From assembly GCF_022045235.1 (NCBI RefSeq), contig NW_027266286.1, positions 40,858,001-40,922,000 of the forward strand: DNA of 64,000 bases, in the 5' to 3' direction. The stretch is from Haliotis cracherodii (Eukaryota). Below are positions 33,601-48,600 of the stretch, piece after piece (position 1 is the first letter of the stretch; every line of letters begins with the position of its first letter). Both the position numbers and the translations under genes were made by a program. The notes under the pieces are model-generated. The model saw only the letters and a list, made by a program, of their open reading frames with translations. It was not told the origin of the DNA and did no database searches.

Positions 33601-36600
33601 AGCTGTGTCCCATCAGTCATCCCTCCCACATCTTGTTGACATGACCCAGCTGTGTCCCATTAGTCATCCCTCCCACATCTTGCTGACATGACCCAGCTGT
33701 GTCCCATCAGTCATCCCTCCCACATCTTGATGACATGACCCAGCTGTGTCCCATCAGTCATCCCTCCCACATCTTGATGACATGACCCAGCTGTGTGCCA
33801 TCGGTCATCCCTCCCACATCTTGCTGACATGACCCAGCTCTGTCCCATCGGTCATCCCTCCCACATCTTGCTGACATGACCCAGCTGTGTGCCATCGGTC
33901 ATCCCTCCCACATCTTGCTGACATGACCCAGCTGTGTGCCATCGGTCATCCCTCCCACATCTTGCTGACATGACCCAGCAGTGTCCCATCAGTCATCCCT
34001 CCCACATCTTGATGACATGACCCAGCTGTGTGCCATCGGTCATCCCTCCCACATCTTGCTGACATGACCCAGCTGTGTCCCATCGGTCATCCCTCCCACA
34101 TCTTGTTGACATGACCCAGCTGTGTGCCATCGGTCATCCCTCCCACATCTTGATGACATGACCCAGCTGTGTCCCATCAGTCATCCCTCCCACATCTTGC
34201 TGACATGACCCAGCTGTGTCCCATCAGTCATCCCTCCCACATCTTGCTGACGTGACCCTGCTGTGTCCCATCGGTCATCCCTCCCACATCTTGCTGACAT
34301 GACCCAGCTGTGTGCCATCGGTCATCCCTCCCACATCTTGCTGACATGACCCAGCTGTGTCCCATCGGTCATCCCTCCCACATCTTGTTGACATGACCCA
34401 GCTGTGTCCCATCGGTCATCCCTCCCACACCAAGCTGACATGACCCAGCTGTGTCCCATCGGTCATCCCTCCCACATCTTGCTGACATGACCCAGCTGTG
34501 TGCCATCGGTCATCCCTCCCACATCTTGTTGACATGACCCAGCTGTGTCCCATCGGTCATCCCTCCCACATCTTGTTGACATGACCCAGCTGTGTGCCAT
34601 CGGTCATCCCTCCCACATCTTGCTGACATGACCCAGCTGTGTCCCATCGGTCATCCCTCCCACATCTTGCTGACATGACCCAGCTGTGTGCCATCGGTCA
34701 TCCCTCCCACATCTTGCTGACATGACCTTACTGTGTCCCATCGGTCATCCCTCCCACATCTTGTTGACATGACCCAGCTGTGTGCCATCGGTCATCCCTC
34801 CCACATCTTGCTGACATGACCCAGCTGTGTCCCATCGGTCATCCCTCCCACATCTTGCTGACATGACCCAGCTGTGTCCCATCGGTCATCCTTCCCACAC
34901 CAAGCTGACATGACCTGCACCCAGATGTTTTCATGTCACTCAATTGAAGTAACATAAAATTTATCAAACAATAATGTATTAATTGTATGGTGTCATATGT
35001 TCCAAATAGGAAAGTACACAGCATTAAACACTGTTACTTCAAAAGTACACTGCAGGGTGGTAGCATCACAATTCACTAATGTATCAATAATATTGTTACA
35101 CCTGAGGTTGTGGCACACGATACAAATACATTCATATATCAATTCATGTTTAAGTGCTGTATCGATTTTCAAAGTGCAATATTTACAAAGTTTAGCAATA
35201 GCCCTTCCTGACAACTGTAGGGGCAAGTGTTAACTTACTGCCTGTCATGAAAAAAAGCTAGATCTGATTGCATAATTATATGAGCACGATAACCACGATA
35301 ATAGGGCTGGGATGAGTCCAAATTGACCACCCGGGTACCCAACCCCCTATTACCGGACCCTACCCGGACACCCGGTGAATGTCTCAAGCAACAGGAACAA
35401 AATGTCTGGTTGGGAATTGTTTGATCAGAGCCCTGGAATAACGTATTTAGCACCTACCCGACCTGAGTACCCGAGTTTCCTGTCCTGGCCCAACATGTTA
35501 AGAAGAAGCCTAATCTAACCAATCTACATGCCATGTAGAGACCGTCACTTAAAATCAGCACAAGATAAGTAACAAGATATGTATCTTACCCCGATCTGTA
35601 TCGATACATGAAGTATTTGTATCCTGAATACTGGATGTATGCATGGATGAGTGTAGGGTAGGTGGTTGAGCACAGTCAACGTGCCAGGTGCTTAAATCAC
35701 ATCAGACATGTTTCAGTGCAAAGCATATCTGCTGCCTGTTACCTGTCCATTGTGAGAAGTTTGTCTGACTTGGCAGAAACACAAGTAAAAGTTGTTTTTT
35801 TCTATTGTCACTTTATTTACACGCAGATGGTAAGTATTAAAGAATTAAAACACAATATTGTGGTTATGGGGGTGGTTATTAGGGAAAGTCCAGTAATAAC
35901 ATCATTTTAGGTAATATTAAAATATACCTTTGGTTGGAGGTATCATTTAAGACAAGATTATTTGTATCAATCCAGGATTCGTGTGAGGAATCACAGTTGT
36001 GCATATATGCCTCAGGCCCAGAAAAAGTGTCAACTGATAAAATTGGAAATGAATATTGCCCAATTCAGAGTATTATAATTTAACTCTATCATGTATGAAT
36101 GTCTCATCTTTGTAATGGTGATTGTATTTCACTGATAACATCATACAATAAAGGGAAAATGACTTCATACATAGTTTTTGATCATTGTAATAATCAATTT
36201 GTCAGCCTTGAGCACTTAGTTTTTAATGCCAGATACATTCCTGATTTAAGATGCTAATATCCACTTCAGAATTAAAATTATTTTAGGGGAGACTAGGAAG
36301 TAGAATGCTGGGTACACTTACAAATGCTTTCTGATGATGATGTGTTAGTGGCTGGTGCTGCAAGTAGAGCAGGTCATACTTACCCTTTTCATGAACCGTT
36401 TAACATGAATGCCCCACTCAAACTCCAAGCCGACCAGTCCTTGTTTTAACCCCTTAATGCTGAGTGCCAGGCAGGGTAACAACAACTTAAGTACCATCTA
36501 GAATGTCTTTTGGTATGACACAGGCCAGGGATCAAACACCGGACCTTCCACTCTCCAGGTGGATGCTCTACAACCAGACCACGGAGGCGGTCGTGTCATT

Positions 36601-39600
36601 ACTGAATTTCATTGATCCATTCATACAATGTTCATCATCATTTTGCCTTTTACTCCCAAAGGAATCTCTTTTGGCAGATAATTGAGACAAATTATTTTCT
36701 ACCATAGACATATTATATTTCTTTGTTTTGCAGTTACACCTCAAACTTATCCCTCTAACTTCACATTTGCCTCCTACTATGGGAATCACATGGTTCTACA
36801 AAGGGCACCGAAACAGGCAGTCATCTGGGGGTACTCACCAAACATCGGAGAGGTCATCAAGGTCAAGGTGGAAGGTCAGGAGACAGTGTCAGCCACAGTT
36901 TACAAGGACAACATCTATGGTGTCGGCATCTGGAAGGTGACCTTGCCCCCTGTGTCCCAGCCAGGACCGTTTACAATCACAGCTTCATCAGCCTTGGAGG
37001 CAATCACCCTGACTGATGTCCTGTTTGGGGATGTCTGGATCTGCTCAGGCCAGTCCAATATGCAGTTTACTGTCAACAGGGTATATTGTCAACTTTTTTA
37101 AATAAGTGTGTGTCTGTGCGTATGCTAGTGTGTCTCTGTGTGTGTCTGTGTGCATATGCTGGTATGTCTCTGTGTGTGTGTGTGTGTCTGTGTGCATATG
37201 CTAGAATGTCTCTGTGTGTGTCTNNNNNNNNNNNNNNNNNNNNNNNNNNNNNNNNNNNNNNNNNNNNNNNNNNNNNNNNNNNNNNNNNNNNNNNNNNNNN
37301 NNNNNNNNNNNNNNNNNNNNNNNNNNNNNNNNNNNNNNNNNNNNNNNNNNNNNNNNNNNNNNNNNNNNNNNNNNNNNNGGATATTTTTCAGTGAGTGAGC
37401 GTAAGTAAATGCAAAAAATTGTTGTGTTGCAGTTTTTTAATACACATGAGAATCTAATATTCACTTTATTATCCACTATTAGCTGTTAAAAGAAGCTGTG
37501 TGACCAAAAGACATTAAAAAATGGTACTTGTTGTTACCCAGTCTGGCGCTCGGCATTGAGGGGCTACAACAATGACTGGTCGGCTCGGAGTCAGTACACT
37601 GTGTCTGAGTGGGATATTCATGTTAAACTGCGGCATGGTATCTCAATGGGCTTGCACTATAAAATCAGCATTAGTTCGACAAGTACAAGCAGCCACACAC
37701 ACACACACACACACATATGTATGCACGTCGTTATATAAGTGCAATGAACACGACATTAAACCTCTTTCACCTCACCTGACCAACACTGGTAGCCTGTTTT
37801 GTCATTATTTTTGTGACATATATGTTTGTGCAGACAAGTGTATTTGTACTAACCTTACAACATTTGAGTAAGTAAACTTTGTAAACTATGGATTGTATGA
37901 TTACAGCAAGAACTGACATAAATTAGGGATCAGCCCTGAGTATGTTTCAGCATTCCTCTTTCAGATGTACAACGGAACAGCTGAAATAGCTGCCGCAGCC
38001 AACTTCACCAACATCCGACTGTTTAGTGTCACTCTCAAGTACAACCCCAATGCAACTCTGGACCTTCTTGCTATAAATGAAGGATGGTCCCTGCCCAGCA
38101 AAAGTAAGTAACAGTTGGCCATTCAGTGTTGGAGTCGATTCAGATTAATTTGGATGTAAATAATAAATATTGGGCCAAGTATCAGTTGCCAATATAAGCT
38201 CAGCTTAGCATAAACTTGGTGTGAAGGAAGATGTATCGTTTACAATAGTATTAGTGTCATGTCATAGGTCGCAGTCCATAGGTCAATGTGTGATCTTGTA
38301 ATACGTCATCCTTATTGCTATTTGAATATGATGTCATTCGAGAGATATGTGGCCTCCATGTTGGCTAAAGTGGTGTACCAAAAGAACACAGAATAAACCT
38401 AGTGTTACAAGCAACAAAGATGTCTTGTTTCCATATCAACATTACGTTCTGGCGTTGGGGATACCGGTGAAGTATTTGAAATGTCAACAAATCTCCTATC
38501 TTTCTCAAGTTCTCAAATTTTGATGTGCAGACGGATGCAAACACAGGAACGCTGTGAACAAAATGGCTGTCTCGATTTAAACGTTTGTTGGTGGCTTTGG
38601 ATATTGCCGCTGATTCCCAAAGACATGTGTTGTTCTTGGACCAAATGTGGATGAAATATTTGACACATGAGAAGGCACAGGTAATGATGACGATCATTAA
38701 ACTGCCCAAACCAAACTCACTGAATCTTTCATACTGGTTGTCAATACCGCATTTGAACTGTATTATTTTCGAAATACAAACAGCATGATGGAGAGACATA
38801 TTATACATGTTTGGGGCACCTCCGAAATCTTGTCTTTAATAACATTGATAAGGAAAATGCTGCAAAAATTGTTCTCAGTTTCACATCGCAGAGCTTGAAT
38901 TAAGTGAATTTCAGGCTTCTGATGTGGAAAAGTCGGTAGTCAAAATCTGTAAGTTTTGTGTCCTGTGGAAGAAGTAGAAATAGATACCAGGGACAAGAAG
39001 AAGATTATTTGTATACCGTTGTTGATGCACACTTAATCAATTCAGCTACATCTAAAAATCACCTGTGAAATCTGTAGACATTGCTGGAAAAGAAATTCCT
39101 GTCATTTTTTACTCTGGAGTATCGTGTGAAATTATGGATCAAAATACTTGGGATGTGCTCAAGGGAGATGAATGTGGTTTAGGAACACTAACTGATGCCA
39201 AATACAGATTGTACTTGTGTGGGTCGGACACAACTTTGTCAGTAATTGGTGTTGTTAAACTACCAATGATACATGGGGATTTGAACCCCAGACTTACCCT
39301 GATTATGATGCATGGACTTTGGGCACCATACAATGAGTCTCACTGGGTTTCCTCCATAAGCAAGCTGTGATGTCACTGAAAAGAGGCGTTAATCCCAACT
39401 ATCTCACCCATGCCCATACATGGCCATCTGGTCAGTGTACAAACAGATCAACTATTTGGAACATTGCGGTTTCCATAGCTGTGTCCTTGGGGAAGGTTTC
39501 AGAGATTAGATACATCATGTATACCCATAAACCCACAGTTTCTGACTTGCGAACTGTTGCAAAAGAATTAAGGGAACCTTAAGTTTACAATAATTATCCA

Positions 39601-42600
39601 GTCAGAGAATAATCTATATTATAATGCATACTTCAACACAGAAGCAAGTATGTGAAGTTCCTTGTGTGACTGTTGTGGTGTCTACTTGCAGAGAGCCTGG
39701 TGGACCACACTGGATCTGTGTACTTCTCGGCTGTCTGCTGGTTGTATGGCAGGCTCATGTACCAGGAATTCGGATATCCGATTGGATTGATTGACACATC
39801 ATATGGTGGAACACCCATCGAGGCCTGGTCTTCAAGAGATGCCTTAGCCCAGTGTGGAATCCCTGCCACGGACATTGTGGATTCATACATGTACGTAGCC
39901 CTTAGCTGTGGATTCCAGATTAGAATTGGTCACCTATGAGATGACATGATGGATCAGTTGGTTCAGCTCAGTGATTGTGTGTCATGATACCACCATGGCA
40001 TGGATCATTGCTCATAATATCAATCACTGGTTTGTCCAGAGTTGGTTATTTATGGACGACCATCATATGGCTGGAATATTGCTCAATGTGGTCAACAAAT
40101 GTACCAATTGTCGTTCTTCGAAACAGAATATTAAATGTTGTCTTTGTGTGCATCATTGTTTAAAAAGATACATATTGAAGCAGTGTTCAAAATAGCTGCA
40201 AGACTTAACTGTAATGTCATGTGATTATTTACAATGTGGTACAGCCCTATGAGAATGCTGGGACAAAATTTGTCTGAAGTACGTCATACCTCATCTAAAA
40301 ACATTTCCAGAGCAATTTCAGTGCTCAGAGACTGTAGTAGTTCTCCTACTTTGACCTTCACTTAAAATATTCTCAATATTAGATTGGTTTTGGTAACTGT
40401 GCCAAGATCCTTTGTGTCATCCACTGAAATTCAAAGTGCTATTATAACTTCATAACTGATGAATGTGATCTCTCAGGGTAATGGAAAGAGATGTGTAGAC
40501 TACGTGTGTCTGTCATATCTGTGTCCATCTTCCCAAGGCAAGGGAGTTAACTGACTGTAAAAGTCCAGTTTCCAGCCTTGCCGAACTAGGCTGGAATTTC
40601 TGAATTCAATCCAAGCGCGACCAGTGACTATTATGAGTTATGTCCCTTCTATGTCCCTCCTATTGATGAATTAGATTCCCCCTCTCATATCACTTGCATT
40701 GGCTTCAAACAAATTGGGAGGCACACAGTGAAGACAGTCTGATCGATAATCAATATCAATATTGTAATAAGATGAGTCTTACTTCGCGAAGTGCATCAAA
40801 TTACGTGAGAACCTTGATAAAAAACATGAAAATATTAATAAAATATCTGTTGACTCTAAGTTGATGGTACACATGCTTTGCAAATCTTGCAATCAACCAA
40901 AATATGCATGGCAGTTTACGAACCGGATGTTGATTTCATTATGCGATTTTGATTGGACTATGCATAGACTCGTTAACGACACATGCTCTAAGATCATACA
41001 AAAGATATTCTTAGTAGGCTTCAAATTACTTTTTAAGAAACTCTAAACGTAACGTAAAAATTCACTTTTCTTACCTATTTGCCCACCATATTTGTTACTG
41101 AATGTTTTTGTCTCCATACGGCCTGGTCAGATGTATGTGATGCATGTTGACAGTTATGAGTTTGAGAAGACACTGCCAGGCTACACCAACTCTCACACCC
41201 CCACCCAGCTGTGGAACTGCATGATCCACCCTCTACTCAACATGACCATATATGGAGTCATATGGTATCAAGGTATATAGAGTTAGGCTCCGTGTTCGTG
41301 GAATGTGGATAGATTGTTTGAGTCATCCTCGACTATATTACAATTCCATTCTCTAATGATAAATACTCTGAACCCATTCACCACAGAACCTTAATTTGGG
41401 AAGTCACCAGCTCTATCCCTCTTATCACTACCTAAGACTCATCAACTGGAAATGAACAACCAATAAAAATGCCTCTTCTCAATGCTAGTTCAGCAAAATT
41501 GCAGGCTTGTCATACAAGATCTATGTAATCAAATCAGGAGACTGCAGGCTAGGTAAGATGCTTTCCTGAGGACTAAAAATGGAGCATTGAGATGTTCTGG
41601 TTGCGTTTGAGATGCCTTGTAAGTTGAGTTGAGTACTGATGATGTCTCAACTTGTTTCAGCCAAGAATAGTGTAATTTTATTGGATGTCTATTTTTAGTG
41701 TCGTATTCGGTCAACTCAAAGCAAATATTACCGGGATCCACCTCCGGTCCCCCCAATGCCAGTGATTCCTCACCCTATTCCCAGAGTTTCCCCGTTATCC
41801 CAGTGATTTCCTACACCCTGATGTCAGTGAGCTCCCACCCTCATCCCAGTCACATGTCCCAGTGGGTTCTGTAGTGTATTCCATTGTGATTAGTGCTGTA
41901 GTAAGTAGTACCAGCTGGCTCGCACTATGATGCAGCTGATGACGTCACGACGGACCTCATGTACTGCCGCCATGATAGAAGAATAAACCCATGATCGTAT
42001 TCCAATGTCTTCCTGGTTTATGGAAACAGACATAGTTCCCAATATGAGAACTATACCTATTTTATCACTATGTCTCCCATGCAGGAGAGAACAACGCCCT
42101 GCCCCACGCCAACACCCACAAGTACAACTGCACCTTCCCTGCCATGATCTCAGACTGGAGACTCAAGTTCAACCAGGGCTCACTCGGACAGACTGACAAA
42201 CTTTTCCCTTTTGGATTTGTTCAGGTAACTGAAACTTCTCCGATGTGTCATTATGCACACAGACTGATATCAGGATATACAGCCATATTGAAATACCACT
42301 GTTAGGGCTGGGACAAGTCCTACCCAGGTACCCAACCCCCTATTACCCGACCCTACCCAAATACCTGCTGTTGGTCTCAAGAGTTGGGTACAAAATGTCT
42401 GATTGGGAATTGTTTTACTGTTCCAATGGCAAAAAGTATTTAGATGCATGTATAAATGATCTGGTCATGCATACACAGAAGTTGACTGAAGTTGTATCTT
42501 TACTCAAAACATATAAAAGTCAGAAGGAATGTGCCAATAGTCAGAAAGATATGCAAACATTAACGATTTGTAGGTAACCATGGATTTTTTTTCTCATTAA

Positions 42601-45600
42601 ACAATAAATCACGTGACTAACCTCGGGTCCGGATAGTCCTATGGGTACCCGGGGCCTACTCAGTACCCACCCAATCCGAGTATCCAAGCTACCCGTCCCA
42701 GCCACTGTCATTATTCTGCCCAACGTAACTTCCTGTGGTCGGTCATGTCTCGAATATGGTGCAACATTAAGTCAAGTTCCACTTTGAACAGACAACTATA
42801 ATAAAGGAAACTTTTTTGTTGCCTTTTGTTGTTTCCATTGGCCTGATATTACATTTTCACCTGAATTTTGACATCTGTGTGCACCAGTATTATGAATGTC
42901 ACCCCCTTTGTAAACACAAAACTGCAGGAGGAATTTGATTTTAAGCTTTAGATCTTTATTTTGAATTATTAAGATAAAAACTATTTTGGACAGTGTAAAA
43001 TAATAACTTGAAGTTGAAATGAGCTACATAAATCTCAATTTGTCCTACAATATAGCTGGGACCAAAGAATCCCAACCCTACCTCACGATCTGGGTTCCCG
43101 GAGATCCGGTGGCACCAGACCGCTGACTATGGCTATGTTCCGAATCCTAAGATGGAGAAAACATTCATGGCTGTTGCCATGGATCTGGCTGATTTTGGAT
43201 CTCCGTATGCATCGTGAGTACACTTACATTGATATCAATATGCTTAATGCCTCAGTTCCATTTGCTCTACGGCTAGGACACGGCGACTGTACCTTGCGGC
43301 TACCCTGTGTAACAGTAGCGTCAGTTTTGGCTCACGGTGGACGTATGGTCTCCCTGCAGCTACCTTGCGGCTGCCCTGTGTAGCAGTAGCGTCAGTCTTG
43401 GCTCACGGTGGACGTATGGTCTCCCTGCAGCTACCTTGCGGCTGCCCTGTGTAGCAGTAGCGTCAGTCTTGGCTCACGGTGGACGTATGGTCTCCCTGCA
43501 GCTACCTTGCGGCTGCCCTGTGTAGCAGTAGCGTCAGTCTTGGCTCACGGTGGACGTATGGTCTCCCTGCAGCTACCTTGCGGCTGCCCTGTGTAACAGT
43601 AGCGTCAGTCTGGCCGCACGGTAAACGTATGGTCTCCCTGCAGCTACCTTGCGGGTGCCCTGTGTAGCAGTAGCGTCAGTCTTGGCTCACGGTGGACGTA
43701 TGGTCTCCCTGCAGCTACCTTGCGGCTGCCCTGTGTAGCAGTAGTGTCAGTCTGGCCGCACGGTGGAGGTATGGTCTCCCTGCAGCTACCTTGCGGCTGC
43801 CCTGTGTAACAGTAGCGTCAGTCTTGGCTCACGGTGGATGTATGGTCTCCCTGCAGCTACCTTGCGGCTGCCCTGTGTAGCAGTAGTGTCAGTCTGGCCG
43901 CACGGTGGAGGTATGGTCTCCCTGCAGCTACCTTGCGACTGCCCTGTGTAGCAGTAGCGTCAGTCTTGGCTCACGGTGGACGTATGGTCTCCCTGCAGCT
44001 ACCTTGCGGCTGCCCTGTGTAACAGTAGCGTCAGTCTTGGCTCACGGTGGACGTTTGGTCTCCCTGCAGCTACCTTGCGGCTGCCCTGTGTAACAGTAGC
44101 GTCAGTCTTGGCTCACGGTGGACGTATGGTCTCCCTGCAGCTACCTTGCGGCTGCCCTGTGTAGCAGTAGCGTCAGTCTTGGCTCACGGTGGACGTTTGG
44201 TCTCCCTGCAGCTACCTTGCGGCTGCCCTGTGTAACAGTAGCGTCAGTCTTGGCTCACGGTGGACGTATGGTCTCCCTGCAGCTACCTTGCGGCTGCCCT
44301 GTGTAACAGTAGCGTCAGTTTTGGCTCACGGTGGACGTATGGTCTCCCTGCAGCTACCTTGCGGCTGCCCTGTGTAGCAGTAGCGTCAGTCTTGGCTCAC
44401 GGTGGACGTATGGTCTCCCTGCAGCTACCTTGCGGCTGCCCTGTGTAACAGTAGCGTCAGTCTTGGCTCACGGTGGACGTATGGTCTCCCTGCAGCTACC
44501 TTGCGGCTGCCCTGTGTAACAGTAGCGTCAGTCTTGGCTCACGGTGGACATATGGTCTCCCTGCAGCTACCTTGCGGCTGCCCTGTGTAGCAGTAGTGTC
44601 AGTCTGGCCGCACGGTGGAGGTATGGTCTCCCTGCAGCTACCTTGCGGCTGCCCTGTGTAACAGTAGCGTCAGTCTTGGCTCACGGTGGACGTATGGTCT
44701 CCCTGCAGCTACCTTGCGGCTGCCCTGTGTAGCAGTAGCGTCAGTCTTGGCTCACGGTGGACGTATGGTCTCCCTGCAGCTACCTTGCGGCTGCCCTGTG
44801 TAGCAGTAGCGTCAGTCTTGGCTCACGGTGGACGTATGGTCTCCCTGCAGCTACCTTGCGGCTGCCAAGTGTAACAGTAGCGTCAGTCTTGGCTCACGGT
44901 GGACGTATGGTCTCCCTGCAGCTACCTTGCGGCTGCCCTGTGTAACAGTAGCGTCAGTTTTGGCTCACGGTGAACGTATGGTCTCCCTGCAGCTACCTTG
45001 CGGCTGCCCTGTGTAGCAGTAGCGTCAGTCTTGGCTCACGGTGGACGTATGGTCTCCCTGCAGCTACCTTGCGGCTGCCCTGTGTAACAGTAGCGTCAGT
45101 CTTGGCTCACGGTGGACGTATGGTCTCCCTGCAGCTACCTTGCGGCTGCCCTGTGTAACAGTAGCGTCAGTCTTGGCTCACGGTGGACATATGGTCTCCC
45201 TGCAGCTACCTTGCGGCTGCCCTGTGTAGCAGTAGTGTCAGTCTGGCCGCACGGTGGAGGTATGGTCTCCCTGCAGCTACCTTGCGGCTGCCCTGTGTAA
45301 CAGTAGCGTCAGTCTTGGCTCACGGTGGACGTATGGTCTCCCTGCAGCTACCTTGCGGCTGCCCTGTGTAACAGTAGCGTCAGTCTTGGCTCACGGTGGA
45401 CGTATGGTCTCCCTGCAGCTACCTTGCGGCTGCCCTGTGTAACAGTAGCGTCAGTCTTGGCTCACGGTGGACGTATGGTCTCCCTGCAGCTACCTTGCGG
45501 CTGCCCTGTGTAGCAGTAGCGTCAGTCTTGGCTCACGGTGGACGTTTGGTCTCCCTGCAGCTACCTTGCGGCTGCCCTGTGTAACAGTAGCGTCAGTCTT

Positions 45601-48600
45601 GGCTCACGGTGGACGTATGGTCTCCCTGCAGCTACCTTGCGGCTGCCCTGTGTAACAGTAGCGTCAGTTTTGGCTCACGGTGGACGTATGGTCTCCCTGC
45701 AGCTACCTTGCGGCTGCCCTGTGTAACAGTAGCGTCAGTCTTGGCTCACGGTGGACGTATGGTCTCCCTGCAGCTACCTTGCGGCTGCCCTGTGTAACAG
45801 TAGCGTCAGTCTTGGCTCACGGTGGACGTATGGTCTCCCTGCAGCTACCTTGCGGCTGCCAAGTGTAACAGTAGCGTCAGTCTTGGCTCACGGTGGACAT
45901 ATGGTCTCCCTGCAGCTACCTTGCGGCTGCCCTGTGTAGCAGTAGTGTCAGTCTGGCCGCACGGTGGACGTATGGTCTCCCTGCAGCTACCTTGCGGCTG
46001 CCCTGTGTAGCAGTAGCGTCAGTCTTGGCTCACGGTGGACGTATGGTCTCCCTGCAGCTACCTTGCGGCTGCCCTGTGTAACAGTAGCGTCAGTCTTGGC
46101 TCACGGTGGAGGTATGGTCTCCCTGCAGCTACCTTGCGGCTGCCCTGTGTAGCAGTAGCGTCAGTCTTGGCTCACGGTGGACGTATGGTCTCCCTGCAGC
46201 TACCTTGCGGCTGCCCTGTGTAACAGTAGCGTCAGTCTTGGCTCACGGTGGACGTTTGGTCTCCCTGCAGCTACCTTGCGGCTGCCCTGTGTAACAGTAG
46301 CGTCAGTCTTGGCTCACGGTGGACGTATGGTCTCCCTGCAGCTACCTTGCGGCTGCCCTGTGTAACAGTAGCGTCAGTCTTGGCTCACGGTGGACGTATG
46401 GTCTCCCTGCAGCTACCTTGCGGCTGCCCTGTGTAGCAGTAGCGTCAGTCTTGGCTCACGGTGGACGTATGGTCTCCCTGCAGCTACCTTGCGGCTGCCC
46501 TGTGTAACAGTAGCGTCAGTCTTGGCTCACGGTGGACGTATGGTCTCCCTGCAGCTACCTTGCGGCTGCCCTGTGTAACAGTAGCGTCAGTCTTGGCTCA
46601 CGGTGGACGTATGGTCTCCCTGCAGCTACCTTGCGGCTGCCAAGTGTAACAGTAGCGTCAGTCTTGGCTCACGGTGGACGTATGGTCTCCCTGCAGCTAC
46701 CTTGCGGCTGCCCTGTGTAACAGTAGCGTCAGTCTTGGCTCACGGTGGACGTATGGTCTCCCTGCAGCTACCTTGCGGCTGCCCTGTGTAGCAGTAGCGT
46801 CAGTCTTGGCTCACGGTGGACGTATGGTCTCCCTGCAGCTACCTTGCGGCTGCCCTGTGTAACAGTAGCGTCAGTCTTGGCTCACGGTGGACGTATGGTC
46901 TCCCTGCAGCTACCTTGCGGCTGCCCTGTGTAGCAGTAGTGTCAGTCTGGCCGCACGGTGGAGGTATGGTCTCCCTGCAGCTACCTTGCGGCTGCCCTGT
47001 GTAGCAGTAGCGTCAGTCTTGGCTCACGGTGGACGTATGGTCTCCCTGCAGCTACCTTGCGGCTGCCCTGTGTAACAGTAGCGTCAGTCTTGGCTCACGG
47101 TGGACGTTTGGTCTCCCTGCAGCTACCTTGCGGGTGCCCTGTGTAACAGTAGCGTCAGTCTTGGCTCACGGTGGACGTATGGTCTCCCTGCAGCTACCTT
47201 GCGGCTGCCAAGTGTAACAGTAGCGTCAGTCTTGGCTCACGGTGGACATATGGTCTCCCTGCAGCTACCTTGCGGCTGCCCTGTGTAGCAGTAGTGTCAG
47301 TCTGGCCGCACGGTGGACGTATGGTCTCCCTGCAGCTACCTTGCGGCTGCCCTGTGTAGCAGTAGCGTCAGTCTTGGCTCACGGTGGACGTATGGTCTCC
47401 CTGCAGCTACCTTGCGGCTGCCCTGTGTAACAGTAGCGTCAGTCTTGGCTCACGGTGGAGGTATGGTCTCCCTGCAGCTACCTTGCGGCTGCCCTGTGTA
47501 GCAGTAGCGTCAGTCTTGGCTCACGGTGGACGTATGGTCTCCCTGCAGCTACCTTGCGGCTGCCCTGTGTAACAGTAGCGTCAGTCTTGGCTCACGGTGG
47601 ACGTTTGGTCTCCCTGCAGCTACCTTGCGGCTGCCCTGTGTAACAGTAGCGTCAGTCTTGGCTCACGGTGGACGTATGGTCTCCCTGCAGCTACCTTGCG
47701 GCTGCCCTGTGTAACAGTAGCGTCAGTTTTGGCTCACGGTGGACGTATGGTCTCCCTGCAGCTACCTTGCGGCTGCCCTGTGTAGCAGTAGCGTCAGTCT
47801 TGGCTCACGGTGGACGTATGGTCTCCCTGCAGCTACCTTGCGGCTGCCCTGTGTAACAGTAGCGTCAGTCTTGGCTCACGGTGGACGTATGGTCTCCCTG
47901 CAGCTACCTTGCGGCTGCCCTGTGTAACAGTAGCGTCAGTCTTGGCTCACGGTGGACGTATGGTCTCCCTGCAGCTACCTTGCGGCTGCCAAGTGTAACA
48001 GTAGCGTCAGTCTTGGCTCACGGTGGACGTATGGTCTCCCTGCAGCTACCTTGCGGCTGCCCTGTGTAACAGTAGCGTCAGTCTTGGCTCACGGTGGACG
48101 TATGGTCTCCCTGCAGCTACCTTGCGGCTGCCCTGTGTAGCAGTAGCGTCAGTCTTGGCTCACGGTGGACGTATGGTCTCCCTGCAGCTACCTTGCGGCT
48201 GCCCTGTGTAACAGTAGCGTCAGTCTTGGCTCACGGTGGACGTATGGTCTCCCTGCAGCTACCTTGCGGCTGCCCTGTGTAGCAGTAGTGTCAGTCTGGC
48301 CGCACGGTGGAGGTATGGTCTCCCTGCAGCTACCTTGCGGCTGCCCTGTGTAGCAGTAGCGTCAGTCTTGGCTCACGGTGGACGTATGGTCTCCCTGCAG
48401 CTACCTTGCGGCTGCCCTGTGTAACAGTAGCGTCAGTCTTGGCTCACGGTGGACGTTTGGTCTCCCTGCAGCTACCTTGCGGGTGCCCTGTGTAACAGTA
48501 GCGTCAGTCTTGGCTCACGGTGGACGTATGGTCTCCCTGCAGCTACCTTGCGGCTGCCCTGTGTAACAGTAGCGTCAGTCTTGGCTCACGGTGGACGTAT

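Noticed and set aside
37086-37476. ORFs containing long X runs
   Set aside because: Artefacts of the N gap and the TG microsatellite.
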